A stretch of 64,000 bases of DNA from positions 248,001 through 312,000 of the forward strand of contig NW_013547019.1 in the NCBI RefSeq assembly GCF_000711695.1, written 5' to 3'. This DNA comes from Tilletiaria anomala UBC 951. Its lineage: Eukaryota. The notes under the pieces are model-generated. The model was given only the letters and a program-made list of their open reading frames with translations, made no database searches and was not told the DNA's origin. Position numbers and translations under genes: made by a program. This document shows positions 48,990-63,050 of the stretch, piece after piece (within the stretch, counting starts at the first letter, position 1; each line of letters opens with the position of its first letter).

Positions 48990-51900
48990 ATGGAGCACGC
49001 GTGTCGAAAACTACGCACGTCGACCTCCCAAAGCAGTGCTCTTGCCTCCATCGCAGCTCCGGACGCGTCCAAGCTATCTCGACGCAGGAGCAGTGCGAGG
49101 CTCGCTGCCGCTTCTAAAGTCGTCCCTGCTGGATCGCCCCAATCCAATAGTTCGCATCCATTTCGTGCCCCAACTGCAGAATCTGGAGATCAACCTACAG
49201 CGTCGCCCTTAGCCTCCGGTCCCCGGACCGGGTCGCTAAGACGCTCCGCCAGACTCTCAGGGTCTCTTATCCACCCTTCAGAGGAACATTCATCAACAGT
49301 GCAACAGGGCTCACATTCTGAGGCGTCTGTCTCAGACGTCTCATCCTTCGCCAATTCCACCTTCTCGTACGCAGATAGTCGCGCCGGGTCGACTGCGCCG
49401 ACCACGCCACTCAGCAACACCTCACCCTTTGAGGCCTTTGCAGACGTGACGGCAGACCCTGCGTGCGACGACACAAGAAGGATTTCGTAAGTGACAATTT
49501 CTTGTTTCCCTTTCCTGGATAGAACTGCTGACGCTCTCTGTGTTTTCATGGCGTGTTAGGCGTAAACGCAAGGCTAGTCTATCTCAACGAGCGGCTCCCA
49601 GCAAGAAGCAAAGTCAGGCAGCATTTGTAGCTGCCGATTCCTTTCCCAGGGCCACGTACAACTTCCGCCCTCGTATCCCTTCGGAAGCCATGAGTGCTGC
49701 TAGAGCTCAGACGACTGGCGAGCGCCCTACAGCATCGGCAGCAGCTGCATTGGGGAGTGCGACAGCAGCAAGAGCGAAGAAAGCGCGGACCTCACGCGCG
49801 GCTGGTGCCTCCAGGTCGAAGCGGGCCTTGCGTTCTGCAGCGGTGAGGGACTCGTGTGCGGATGACATGAACCTCGACTCCGGGTCGATACAAGACGCCG
49901 GCCGCGCCAGCGACGCTGTGCTTGGCGATGTCGTGTCTGACCATTCTGGTTCTGGCTCAAGTAGTCACGCGGTAAAGCGCTCGAATGCAAGTATATCGTC
50001 AATCAGAGATTCGGGTTTGAATGAGACCAACGCGAACGACGGTAACGTGCACCATTTGAATACGGTTGTAGCAAAGACATGCACAGCTACCAAGAAGTCA
50101 GATGCCACTGACACAGCAGGCGAGGACGACTTGGGAGAAGGCAACGACATCGATGACGTTGAGCAAGAAGATCACGATCAAGATGATGATGAAGAGGACG
50201 AAAGTGGAGAGGATGACGAAGAGGATGACGACGAGTATGCGGCAGGAGGCGACCATGATGATGACGGCTTCGGTATGAACCTAAGGGCAATGGCGGGGTT
50301 CTTGTCGGGCCTCTCCAGGCGCTTCAAGACCATTCTCAGCTCCTTGCGCAATCGGTTCGATCCCGCCGAACGGTTGGTGGCCTTGCAGGAGCTTTCAGAA
50401 GTACTCAGTGTCAGCAGCGAGGACAGTCTCGCAGGCTACTTTCCCACGGAGTCATTTGTCAAAGAGCTCATCGCCTTGCTCGGGGGCAACCCTAGTGATG
50501 CCAGCATCGAGTCAGGTGTTGTCGCGCCAGATTCTGACGTCGCGGCTGCTCTTGCAGCGGCTGATGCTGCAGATGCGGGCGACAACACGGAAATAATGCT
50601 TCTGGCAGCCCGATGCCTGACCAATCTCATGGAGGCGATGCCATATGCGACACACAGCGTTGTCACAAATGGTGCTATCCCATTGCTCAATTCGAAGTTG
50701 ATGTTCATCGAATTTATCGACCTCGCCGAGCAGGTGTTGCAGGTGAGCAGCTAGTCTGCCCGATGGCCAGCGCTGGTGCACTCTGCTGACGAGTCTTCAT
50801 GATCTGTCGTGCAAATGAACAGACGCTGGAGAAGATCTCGGTCGACTATCCTAATGCAATCGTCGAGGAAGGCGGCTTGATGGCAATGCTGCAGTATATC
50901 GATTTTTTCAACATTCATGTTCAGCGCACTGCGATGAACGCTGTCTCCAATTGCTGTCGAAAGCTTAATTCGGACAATTTTGACAAGGTCAAAGATGCTA
51001 TGTCTCAGATCCAGGGCATGCTCGCGTCGCCTGATCGTCGTCTCAAAGAATCGGCCGTCCGGTCGGTAGTCCGCATCATCGACAGCTATAAAGCATTTCC
51101 TGAGATTTTGGAAACGCTTATCACAGAGGATGTTTGCGCCGCTACGAAATTTGTCCTCGAGCCGAGCGCAGGCAGTAATGGATCCAGTGGCGCCATCATC
51201 AGCACGTCGATGTATACCGACCTCGTCAAAGCGTTGTGCAACGCTTCGAAAGCAACTCCACAGATCACCGCGCATCTCTTGCAATCGGGCATCGGCGCGA
51301 CTCTTTACTGCATTCTCACTGGCTCGAAAGCAGCTGATACTGGCAACCTTGTTTCTGCCGACCCGCTCAGTAAGCCGGACGAAACTATAGGCAACGTGTC
51401 GATCTCAGGCCAAAGCCCAGTCGTTAAAATGACTCTGCTCCAAAACTTGTCAACGAAGCCCAAAGAGCAGATTCAGGAAGCTCTTACGCTTGTTTGCGAG
51501 TTGCTCCCTCCACTTCCGTGGACAGACATATTCGATCAGCGCAATTACTCGGAGAAAGCGCTGAAACGAAAGAAGCACGAATTGGCCAAGAGAGAGGGTG
51601 TGGCCAAGGGCAGGAACAGTCTCGAGCCTCCCACCGCCAATTCGCAGATGGAAAGTTCTGAAGACACTGTCGAGGCAGCCCCTACATCCCAAGCGTCCCA
51701 AATCAAGAAAGAGTATCGCAAGGGGTCGAAGGAAGCTGCAGCTCAGGTGGCGCACGCTAGACGTCTCGAAATGCTCAACGAGCAGAAAGACCGTCTTTTG
51801 AAACTGAGCGCCATGATCCTCCCCGCACTAGTCGACATCCACACTGCTTCCATCACTCCAAGCATTCGTTCCAAGGCCATGACTGCGATTCTCAAGATAT

Positions 51901-54900
51901 TGGCTTTTGCCGATGCATCTCAACTGGAAGGATTGCTGCGGGTGAGTGTCATCAATAGTCGCTGTTGCTGGTCTGGTACTGATTCTGGCTTCTGCGGTAC
52001 TTGTCCAGTCTGTGCCTATGTCTACTTTTGTAGCCGGGGTGTTGTCTTCTAAGGACAGCCCGACTGTCATACAAGGGTCGTTGCAAGTCGTCGAGTTGCT
52101 TTTGACCAAATTGGGACACATCTATTGCGCACTCTTGGAGCGAGAGGGAGTCATGTGGGAAGTCAAGCAGCTAGCAAAGCAACCTGTTTCCGACACTGGC
52201 ATGTCCAACAAAGCCATTGGACTTCCTGCCGATACGCTCTCGACGGAGTCTCAAAACACAGACGATTCTCCTGCCTCAGAGGCTCCGAAGCTGGGGACAG
52301 TTGGCAATAGCGGCTTACGGCAAGTGAAGGATGCGAATGTCCTGCGAGCTCGCATGGTCCATCTTGTGTTTGGAAGGCACAAGCAAAAGACACCCAATAA
52401 TACAGAATCGTCCACGGCTGACAGCCTCGAGCGGGCGAGTGGACTCGCACAGCAAATCGCCTCGGGATCCTTTGAATCCGAAGGGGCCGCTGCCTCATGT
52501 TTGCACTCTGCTTTTGCTCTCCTCCAGTCCAATGGCGAAGGGCTCTCAGGATTCGAGGTTGTCAAGTCGGGATTGATCAACGCACTGCTCATCTTCTTGA
52601 ATGCAGACTCCGACGCAAGCCTTGCGAGTAGGCGAAAAGGCCTACTTCGTGACACCATGAAGTTCATGCCAGAATCATCTCGAAACCTCATTCAGAGACT
52701 TCAAGAAAGCCTTAGCCGTCTTGAAAGGGTTGAGATGGTTTCGGTAGCCGGAAGCCTGGATGATGAGCATCGACGCTCTCCAGCAGCGGCACTGAGCAAG
52801 CAGATTCGCTTGCGGCTCGTGGCCGATGATCCTGATGGCATTCCGAAAAGCTGCAACAACATCATCGTCAGCATTCATGCGGTGGCGTCATTTGGCTCGT
52901 TACATGACTTCTTGCGTCCGAAGATCGCTTTAGGGAATTCGCTTATTGGACCTGGCACCTCGAGGCTTTCATCTGTGCTTGCAGCCTTCGCTGCAGCAGC
53001 TCAGGGGCAAGAGAGCCCGCGCGAGCCAACACGGAACACGAACAGTTTGACTTCAGATGGTGCATCGACCGCGACCGCAACCGAGTCAGTGGAAGCGCAC
53101 ACCAGAGGGGTTGCAAGCGGCCAGAACTCAGGGTCCACAACGCACCCTGGTCAGGTGACTTCCGATGAGCAGGCTGACAAGACTCTGCAAAGAGAGCAAG
53201 GTCTATTACGTGGGGAAAGTGCATCTCTTGCGGACGCACTCATGCAAAACCTCATGCACGATGACATGGATCCCCTCGATGAGGACCTTGAAGAATTGGA
53301 CATTATCGAAAGGGAGATCAGCCCCCCCGAATCTGGAGACCCTTCAGCTCGGCAACTTCCTGGCTCCAGAGCCGAAGAGCAGGAAACGAATGTGTCTGCT
53401 CCTGATACGGCCAACACAAGTACTGCCGAGCCCAATTCTCAGACCAAGTTGGCTTCTTATTCTGAGGCCGTCCAAAAGCCTGCCACAGATTGGCACTTGG
53501 CCTTTTCTGTCGATGGCGAGGACGTAGGTCTACCCGAGACTATTTTCAGCGCTATCTATCGCGCCGAGAAGCGGAAGAATGCGTCATTTTCTTTTGAACG
53601 TACGATCTGGCAGAACCTCGTCACTGTGCGCTTCAGAAAGGTGCCGGGCACTCGCGCACGCGATCACGAAGGTGAGTCTTATATGAGGGCCCATTCAGCA
53701 GATGCGCTGACGACTTACGCGGCCACTGGTAAAGAAATTTACGGCATTGCCGCCGAAAAGCAACCCGCTGTAAGCAGCATTTTCCCTGAAGACTCAACAG
53801 AGCTCAAGATCCTGCGCCTTCTGGAAGTGCTGTATCATGCAATGAGTTCTCTTTCAAGGCACAGCTCCCAGTCTGGGATTCGCCATTTGGACACATCACT
53901 GTTCATCAACAACAAACTCACCGCCAAGCTCAATCGCCAATTGGAAGAACCATTGATCGTCGCCAGTACCTCTCTCCCTGACTGGGCAGTGGGGCTCCCT
54001 TTGGAGTATCCATTCCTCTTTCCTTTTGAGACGCGCTTCTCCTTTCTTCAGTCAACAAGCTTTGGCTATGCGCGATTGATTGCGCGATGGCAACTTCTGC
54101 ACCGGGGAAGTGACAACGGAAGGAATGAGGATTCATTTGGCTTTTTGAGCCGGCTTCAAAGGCAAAAGGTGCGGATTTCGAGGCGTCGGTTGCTCGATTC
54201 TGCAGTCAAGATTTTCGATCTCTATGCATCGAACTCGTCAATTCTTGAGGTAGAATACTTCGATGAGGTCGGCACTGGCCTTGGTCCAACACTCGAATTT
54301 TACAGCCTTGTCTCCCAAGACTTTGCGCTTAAAGAAAATAACATCTGGTTGGACGAGCAAACGAATCCTCAGAGCCTTCACGTGTCAGCAGCTCATGGTT
54401 TGTATCCCATTCCGATCTCGTCAAGTGCCTCGACCACTTTGGAAGGTAGTAAGCGTCTTGGATTGTTCCGCACTCTCGGAACATTTGTGGCCAAGGCGTT
54501 GCTTGACTCGCGCATCGTCCAAATCGATTTCTCGCGGCTCTTCATATCGGCTATCCTTGGTCGCAAGGTCGCATACAATCTCGACACGCTTGCTCAAGTT
54601 GATGGTGGACTAGCTTCCTCCCTCAAGGCGATCCAGAGCGTCGCTCCTGAGGATGTCGCAACGCTTCATCTCGACTTCACCCTACCAGGGGACAGCAATT
54701 ATGAGCTAGTCCCCGGAGGTAGCGACAAGAAGGTCAGCGGAAACAACGTCAACGACTACATCAGCGCGGTTATCGATGCGTACCTTGACAGTGGCATCCA
54801 GCCAGTCGTTGAATCCTTCCGTGCGGGGTTCGAGAAAGTTTTCATGCTCAGCTCTCTCAAGCCCTTCACCGCCGACGAGCTCGTCCTGCTTTTCGGCAAC

Positions 54901-55272
54901 TCACAGGAAGATTGGTCTGCGGAAACTCTCTTGAGCAATATCAAGCCTGATCATGGCTTCACACCGGAGAGCGAACCCTACCGAAATTTGCTGTCCATCA
55001 TGCAGGATTTCACCGACCAAGAGCGCCGCACGTTTCTTCAATGGCTGACGGGCTCGCCAAAATTACCCATTGGGGGGTTCAAGGCTTTGCATCCTCAGCT
55101 GACTGTCGTGAAACGACCTCACGAGGCGCCGTTGAAACCGGATGATTATTTGCCAAGTGTCATGACATGTGTCAACTACCTCAAACTTCCTTCTTACTCT
55201 GGCAAAGAGGTCATGCGCCAAAGACTCAACACTGCTATGCTCGAAGGCGGTACTGCATTCCACCTCTCATGA
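48990..55272 (+). CDS. UFD4: HECT E3 ubiquitin ligase Ufd4/TRIP12, multi-exon
   Basis: ARM region LAARCLTNLMEA...FIDLAEQ; NNKLTAKLNRQLEEPL; ILEVEYFDEVGTGLGPTLEFY; YLPSVMTCVNYLKLP; AFHLS*. Confidence 0.96.
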
Positions 55273-55365
55273 ACAACCATTCGACCCTAATACGTAGCAT
55301 ACTTGCATACACCAATAATTCGCATGACCTGCCTATGCATTATGCAATGTACCGTTGAATCAGTC

Positions 55366-56796
55366 TTACAGAATGGTTCCCAGCCCAAGGCCCTTCAGGC
55401 CGCGGAGGTAGTATGTCTCCAGCCCCACTTCGGATCGATCCTCTTCACCAGAAGGCACTGCCGTGAGTGTAAGCACAAGTTCAGTCGAGTCTGTCCCCTC
55501 CTTAAGATCTATGGTGAGCTCGGCAAAGTGGCCTTCGGGCCACTGCGATAGTCTCCAAGAGTGCGACAAGTGCTCCGGAAACTTGATCTGCTTGATGACA
55601 CCCGAAACATTTCCTCCGAAGAGGGTGTATGTTTCATTTTCCTTCAAAGTGAACTGAGAATAGCAAATTTTAGCGGTTGTTCCCCATCTACTTGAGGATA
55701 CATCTCACCTTTGCTGGAGCCTTGGTCCACAAGGGGATGCGATCTGGATCCGTGAGCAAGGCCCAAAGATCGGTTCGGCTGATGGCAAGATGAGCAGATT
55801 GACGAATGACTCTGGAACTCGACCTGATGGGATTTGCATTTGAAGTTTTCTTTGGATCAGAAGGATGGCGGGTATTTTGAGTAGGATCCGAGTCGCTTCG
55901 CTCTGGAACCGGAACATCAGATTGGCCGCTAGAAGCCGCAGGTGTCACCGTGCCCAGGCCATCGTGACCCAAATCGGAGGCATGCTGCTGGATCAAGTCT
56001 TTTCGGAAGCGGTGCAACGTTTTCAAAAGAAGAGGAATAAGTTGCCGCCGAACACCGTCCAAGAAAGTCTGGCCGTCTTTGCCACCTGCGTCCGTCAGTG
56101 CCGATTCGTGCTAAGGAAGATTCGCTCATGGTTTCCGTCAGCCACCTGACTATGACGGCGCATAATGTAGCCTTCATGCGCTCACAATGTACTCAGTCCC
56201 TTCGTCTTCGACTTCGTGACAGACTTCTGGGAATGTGATGGTCCCTTTAACTTTCTCTTCTTCATCTGACCGATGGGGATTGACCTCTAGGTTAGTTAAA
56301 ATGACATTCTGTCCAAAAGAAAACCAGAACGAACCAGCCCAGGCCAGGGTGACTGCACAGTCAAAGATCGTGATGAGCTTCCCTTTCCGGTTTCCAAGTT
56401 CGACATCGCCTGAAACGGTACGTAGAGATCAGTAACAACAACAAGGCTTTCACTGGGAAACATAAACGAACCTTCGAACGACTCTAGGGCTGTGACCTGG
56501 ACAGTACCAGCCTCCGTGTTGGCCTTTTGACCAACGAGATTCGTCTTGATCCAAGTCTTCGACCATGGAGTGCAACCCTTGGTCTTACGAGCGGGAATTG
56601 CCAGGACCACGAGAGGAAGAAAGGTTGAGTGTTGAGCAGCACTTGTGTTGGAATTTGAGGAACACTTCTCACCTTCCAGTGGTAATGCTGGGGGCGCAGA
56701 GATGTCCTATTGTCAGTATCTGCCCGTCCGAACGTCCGCTCGTCCGAACGTCCGTCCAGGTGCAACCGCAGCACCCACCTTGTTCCAAGTGGACAT
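55366..56796 (-). CDS. AHA1: Hsp90 ATPase activator Aha1, multi-exon with micro-exons
   Basis: MSTWNK|HYHWK|TKGCTPWSK; ELGNRKGKLITIFD; ITFPEVCHE; START-like C-domain LFGGNVSG...YYLRGLKGLGLG. Confidence 0.92.
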
Positions 56797-57759
56797 TATG
56801 CTTGACCTTGTCGGTTGTGATGTTAGTTTGTGATGTTGCCCCGAAATGACTTTTCTTTTGGCAAGTTAGAACACTAGACACAGAATGACCTGGGTATCAC
56901 TTTCATGCACAAATGCCCTCCAAAGGCATGTGGCAAGTCTGTTGGAACAGCGTGTAGTCCTTTTCCGTCAACACAGACTACTAGCAATACAGACTCCTCC
57001 GGGATACTGTCTTGACGACGAGGTATTTATTATACTGTGCCGCACCTTCGATAGAACCTCGAAGAATCATCGATCATCTCAACTGGCCTGGTGCCAAGTG
57101 CGCCTTTCTGTGCATTGTGTTGTTGTTCCGCCCTGTGCGGCTCTACCGCCAAAGTGCAATAATCGTCGTTAGCCGTCACGTGGTGATCACAGAAGACGAA
57201 AGAAGCCGCCTCATCTTCCTCTCCTCTCCTTTTGACGTTCCCCACATCCGAGACTTGTCTCTACATGTCGCTGCTGCAAAGGAGAGTGAAGATGTAAGAG
57301 AAGGATCGCGTCCGGCTTTCATTCCATCTCGCCACTGGGAGCTCCCAGTGACAAAAGCAAGTGCGTGCGACTTTGAAGTATGTACCAGTTGTTACCCTAC
57401 AAGTGTGGCAGATGCGGCGTTGCGGCCTCGTCCCAAGGCACGCGCTCAAGGGGGGGCCGAGACACTGATTGGTACATGATGGTGCATGCGACTTGCGCTT
57501 TACGGACACCAGCACTGCGCCGACCTGCTTCGGAGTGATCTTCAGTTTGTCGTCACACGACCGCACCCCAAGGGTGAAAGGCAGACCCACAGCGCAACAA
57601 GACAGACTGATCCATCAATGTACATCACTTTCCCCAGATTTTAACAATGTATAAAGCACAAGGCTTTGCTTTCGCTATAAATAAACAGCGTGCGTCTAAG
57701 TTAAGAGATTCCAATACGCGATGCTGGCCGCTATCTTCATACAGGACAAAAGCGACTTT

Positions 57760-59823
57760 TCACGCTGGAGAGGCAGAAGCTTCTGTAGCTTCTGCAACAT
57801 CATTTTCCGTGGTCCCATGGCCCTTTTCCTGATCAGAGCCCGTAGCCATCCCATCATTGGCTCCGGGGTCACCAAAGTCCCTCCGAGTTCCTTCGCTATT
57901 AATGTCGGGAGAACCCGGGTTCTGGCCCACCCTTTCATGGATATCCAGATAGGGCTCGTCACGTGCGCTGGTGAGGTTTCGGTCGCAGTTGCCCTCGAGA
58001 TCGCGGTTGACGCGAGCGTAATCATACGCGTATTCTCCACATCTGAGATAGGAAATGGTTCAGTACGTTGGGCAGATCAGGAGAACATCCATATGGAAGC
58101 GTGAGACTCACTGGTCCTCATCGAGCCCGATGATTTCGGCCAGTTCGGTGGATCGAAAGGGCCCGATGTAAGGGATGTGGTCAATGACGAACATGAGAAT
58201 CCAAGTCACGACTGCTGCCCAGGCCACAGTTACTGCACACCAAGCGATTTGCTTTGGAAGCTGAATCCAGTTGCCATCGAGCCAACCTCCATCAATGACA
58301 AGGTACCCGTCGTTGTTCGCTACGCTGGCCTGGGTAAATATGCCGGTCAAGAGCAAACCAACGATACCCGCCAGTGCGTGGACTGCGAAGATATCCATGA
58401 CGTCGTCGCACCGAGCCAAATTTTTGAGGCTAGTCGACAGGTTGGACAGTGCCGCTGCCGCAACGCCGATGAGAACAGATGCAGGAACGCTGTTATCCCA
58501 ACGAGAGTATTGAGCACAAGCAAAAGTGAAAAGAACTTGATGTAAACTTCACTCACCCGACGAAGCCGGCGGCCGGCGTGATGGCGACTAAGCCTGCGAT
58601 CGCACCGGTGCAAAATCCGACCACAGACCACTTTCGCTCAATTCTCCAATCCATGAACATCCACGTCAATCCAGCGCATGACGCAGCCGTATTGGTCGTC
58701 GCGATGGACATGCCTGCTCTCAGGTTTGCAGCGAAGGTGCTGCCTCCGTTGAAACCCATCCAGCCGAACCACAGAAAGCTGTGTGACAATCAAAAAGGTG
58801 AGGGAAGACCGTGTATCAACTTCAAAATACGCGTTTAGAGATTCGGCAAAACACGCGTGCAACTCACGCTGTACCAAGAACAACATGTGAAACGTTGTGC
58901 GGCTTGAAAAGGAGGCGTTCCGTACCGTACCCATGGCGAGGTCCTAGGTAGTAAGAGATGACGGTTCCAGTAATACCAGACGCGATCTCGACTGGGCCAC
59001 CGCCAGCGTAGTCTAGCACGCCCCACTTGAAAGCCCAGCCATTAGGCGCCCAGACCCAGCAAGCGATGGGGTCAAAGACTAGTGTGGTCCAGCAGAAAGT
59101 GAGGACCAAGAATGGCCAGACCCGAGCACGCTCGCACGCTGCACCCAAGGCGATTGCGGGAACCAAAGCAGCAAACATGCCCTGCAAAGGTGAAAAGGGT
59201 CAGACTGGGAACTGTAAGCTTTGCGCTGTGAAGCAATCCACGTACTTCGTACATGGCGTAGACAATCTCGGGCAATTTGTTATTTGCACCCGGGACCGGT
59301 GCCTCCAGAACACCCATGAAGCCAAAGTTGCGCAGGTCGCCCATGAAGACGCCGCCAGTCTGAGAGAATGTCAAGGAGTAGCCCCAGAAGAACCACTGGA
59401 ATGAGACGACGGCGAGAGCGGCGAGAGTCAAAAGCAGGAGATGGAGGGCATTCTTGCGTCGGGCAAGGCCGGAATACAGATAGCCCAGTCCAGGTATCAT
59501 GAGCCAGACAAGGGTCGTGCACTGAAAAGATGTGAATTGAGGTAAGCGGGGAAAGTGCTGAGCAGAACGTGTGAATTTGGCTCGTTTCTCACAGTGAGGA
59601 TCCAAGCAATGTCGCCAGGACTGTAGGAGGCGATCTTCCCTTCGTCGTAGGTGACAATGAGGTCTGTGCCGTTAAGAGCGATGTTGCTCGAAGCATTACT
59701 CGTCCCTTGAGGCGCAACTAGGACGCCATAGCTGTGGAGGTCAGGGACAACCACAATACGGTACTGTTAGCTTCAATTCAGTTGTGAGGTCCGAAGCGAG
59801 GGGACTCACGTGATGTTGACCAT
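57760..59823 (-). CDS. Ammonium transporter, MEP/Amt family (Glu-His, Mep1-type), multi-exon
   Basis: MIPGLGYLYSGL, DYAGGGPVEIASG, FLWFGWMGFNGGS, GLVAITPAAGFV, DDVMDIFAVHALAG, GLDEDQCGEYAYDY. Confidence 0.96.
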
Positions 59824-62399
59824 GGTGTCGAGAGTTCCTAGACTGCCGAGGATAGCAGATGGGCATCCAGCGAATGGATACAGAGGAGGCGCAGGTGGAC
59901 GACAGGATAGTTTCGCTACACGCTTGAGCTAGCGCAGCCAGCATTGGTGACTGTCGAAAGCGCTCCGCGAAGCACTTGCGGTCAATTGAGGTGGTTGAAA
60001 GAATCAGATTGACGGGCGAGGTCAGTGACCCAGAATGGTATGCGAAAAAGCTGGAGTGGACAAGTCCCTTCCAGGTCACAATCACACGAGACCCGAGGTC
60101 GTTGAATTCTTACAAAGAACTCGGCTGGAAGGAATACATGGATTCGATTAATGGTGGTAGGATTGAGATGGCGTTGTTGCCAGCGCTGCGTTTGATGAGG
60201 GGAGGTACACATACATCCAGTGCGGATGTGAACAACTGGTTCATATTTCTAACAAAAATGTGGGGATTTGTAGCAGATTGCGGAGGTGCTTCATGCCACC
60301 AGAGCGCGACGCCAAGAACAACTTCCGTATACATCCAAAACAACACTATATATTTTGTGTACATTTTTAATTTTCTGAATGCAGGAAAGGAAGAACCAAA
60401 CGGAGAAAAGAGAACGAGCATTCATGTCACAGTGACTACTGACTTTATACTGACTAGAGACTCTACATATGGAATGACTACCCCACGTTCCTGTGAACGA
60501 ATTTCTTGTTTTGAAGCCTCGAAGCCATTTAACGGCTCTATCCTTAGGGCCCGGGGTCCTGGTAGTGGCTGAGCGAGGCCAAACCCCTCGCTTATCCGGT
60601 TTGGCCCAGAGCCATCCCCTTCCGCATGGGCCACCGTGCGTGCGCTTGTTCATGCTCGCGCTGCTGCTTCACCAAATTGATTAGTATATGTCTGTCCATC
60701 AGCGCCTTCTAACTGTCGATGAACGTCGCTCGATCGGCACCTTACAGTTGCATCGAGCTGACGAGCGAGACATTGCCTCTTGAGCGTTCCAGGCTGCGTC
60801 ATCCTTATAGCAGGTTCGTTGTTCTCGTTACGGCGAGCTAAACGCTCAGTTCGCTCGTCAAGGAAGCGCACTCTTGTCAATCTATTGTTGCACTCTTGTG
60901 CCTTGTACATTTTTTTGTGGATCGTATTGGGGTCACTGTAGAACAGCATGGTGGCACATAGATGCTCGTACAGCCAAGTCTATCATGATACGGTCCTTAC
61001 TCATTTTCCGACATATGAATAGGCAAGCAATTAAAGAGTGCCCGGAAAGGCGTGTATTCAATGAAGACTGAGATTTGGTACCTCGAAGAATGTCCGAGAT
61101 CGAGCTGAGGATCCTGTGCGTCGTCTCTACGGTGTACAATGATGAAGAAACAGGTTTTTATACCTTACAGTTGGACTCAGGGATGATGGACAATAATGAA
61201 GAAGACGTGAAACAGCTTGTGCGAAGTTGAAGCTCCGTATTGGAGTGAAGCCGACTAGCTCTGTAACGAATCAACATCTTATTATGATCCGAAAAGGAAC
61301 AACCTGCGCAAGCATCATGCATCAGTAATTAGTCATCGGTACTCATTACTCCATCAGTAGTCATTATTCAGCGCCTCAGCTTTGAGTGATGAACCAAATG
61401 AGAAACGATGGATGTATGAAAGTTGGAATTATGAAAGATAACAGAGTACGCAAAGATAAGAAAATGTCAATATGCCTGGGCCGCTTGAGGATGGTTGCAC
61501 CAGTGTACCTGACCCCTGGTTTCAGTATGTACATATGTGGGTGTATACCCGTATGTATATTTCATGTACACTATTTTTGTTACCTCCGCTCGTCAGCCTG
61601 CCTTGGTGACCGGCACTGCTCAGGCTAATCACGTGATTCTCCCTGAGTGCTGACGGTGGTCAGGCCCTTGGCCTCAGGCCTCAGCGAGCCCGCGACTCAA
61701 TCAGCGCCAGAACAGCGCTAAACGCCCTTGTTCCCATCACCAAACACATATGCCTCAAAGGCTCACCGCCGACCAGTGAATGGTTGGCCGGGCTCAACAA
61801 TTACGTAATACATACTCAGCTCCTTTTCACTCGGCCGATAAGCAGAAAATCTTTTACGAATGGAAAGGTTTCTAGTCACGATTCATCTGTCATGACAACA
61901 ATTTGAGGCCGTTACTTGACGCACCATTAGGTTTGCCTGGTGTCACTCCGATGGCACTGGAACAGGCCTCAACCCCGTTTCACTCGAGCTCTTGGCGGCT
62001 CCTGATAGTGTGTCCAGCAGGCTTTGCACTTTTCGCTTCACTGTTGCACTTCCAACTTCCCTGCCTTTACCTTGTACAAGTTGCACGACGTCTATTTGGC
62101 CATTGCACCCTACGACAGCCCTTCCTTGTCCGATCCTCTTATGTCACGCGCAAGATAGTTCTCGGACAATCTGGCACCAACACGAGCATTATTGACTGTT
62201 TCGTCCTATTCATTTATCCCGAAGTCGCACGCCTGTCAAGTTCCAATTTTCTAGAAGGCTCCAAGGTTCGACATTCTTACTGATTTGGGACGTTCACATT
62301 CATTCACGCCATGACATGGGCTCGAAGGCTTTACTGCTCAACTTTTTACAGAGTCATCCATATGAATTCAGGTGTTTCCTTATGCTGAAGCCGGACATT

Positions 62400-63050
62400 C
62401 AGCCTTTTTTAACTGATGTCTTTCGCCTCAAAGGGCGGACCATCGTTGCTCACCTTGACCGCATGCTCTCTGAAAGCACAGTTCCCCTGTCATGGCAAGA
62501 ATGAAGATTCCGCAAGTGTCCCCGTCTCTTTACTTGAGACAGTCAATATTGCTTCCCAGAGTCTCTGCCGTCTTTCGACAAGACATATCTGATGTTGCCT
62601 AAATTCGGATTCCCCCATACCTACACCAAGTGCAGCTCCACTTCGATTAGCAGGAGAAGCCTATTTCGAAACCACAATTCTTCCATCCAATGCGGCGAAT
62701 TCCCTCTTGAAAACTTGAACGGTTCTGCTCTCTGTTAAGGTCTGGCTGGAGAGGTGATACGGCCTCGAGTGAGCCCTAGACAGTAATCATTGCTCAACGA
62801 TAACCGCTACTTCAAAGAAATGTGTTTTTAATTGTTAGAGAATCTTGAACCCGGCGAATACGCCACAGTGCTCACTGGTGAAGTCTGGTCAATTACATTT
62901 CAGTCAGATCCCAAGCATACGGACGCGCGTGTAACCTTGTCAACAACATATGTCCGCTCAAAGGCACAGCATGAAGGATCAAGACAGGTGCGAGCCAAAG
63001 ACCAGGCAGATCGCACAATTACCCAACTAGAAAAAGTGGCACAACGGCTG
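62400..63050 (-). pseudogene. Degenerate Ulp1/C48 (SUMO-protease-like) coding remnant
   Basis: Ordered motifs across stops and frameshifts: *LGNCAI, KTHFFEVAVI, ITV*GSL, K*RDGDTCGIFILAM, FEAKDI. Confidence 0.5.

Noticed and set aside
59824..60700. GATA sites as nitrogen-regulation elements for the MEP gene
   Set aside because: Few and scattered; not above chance by eye
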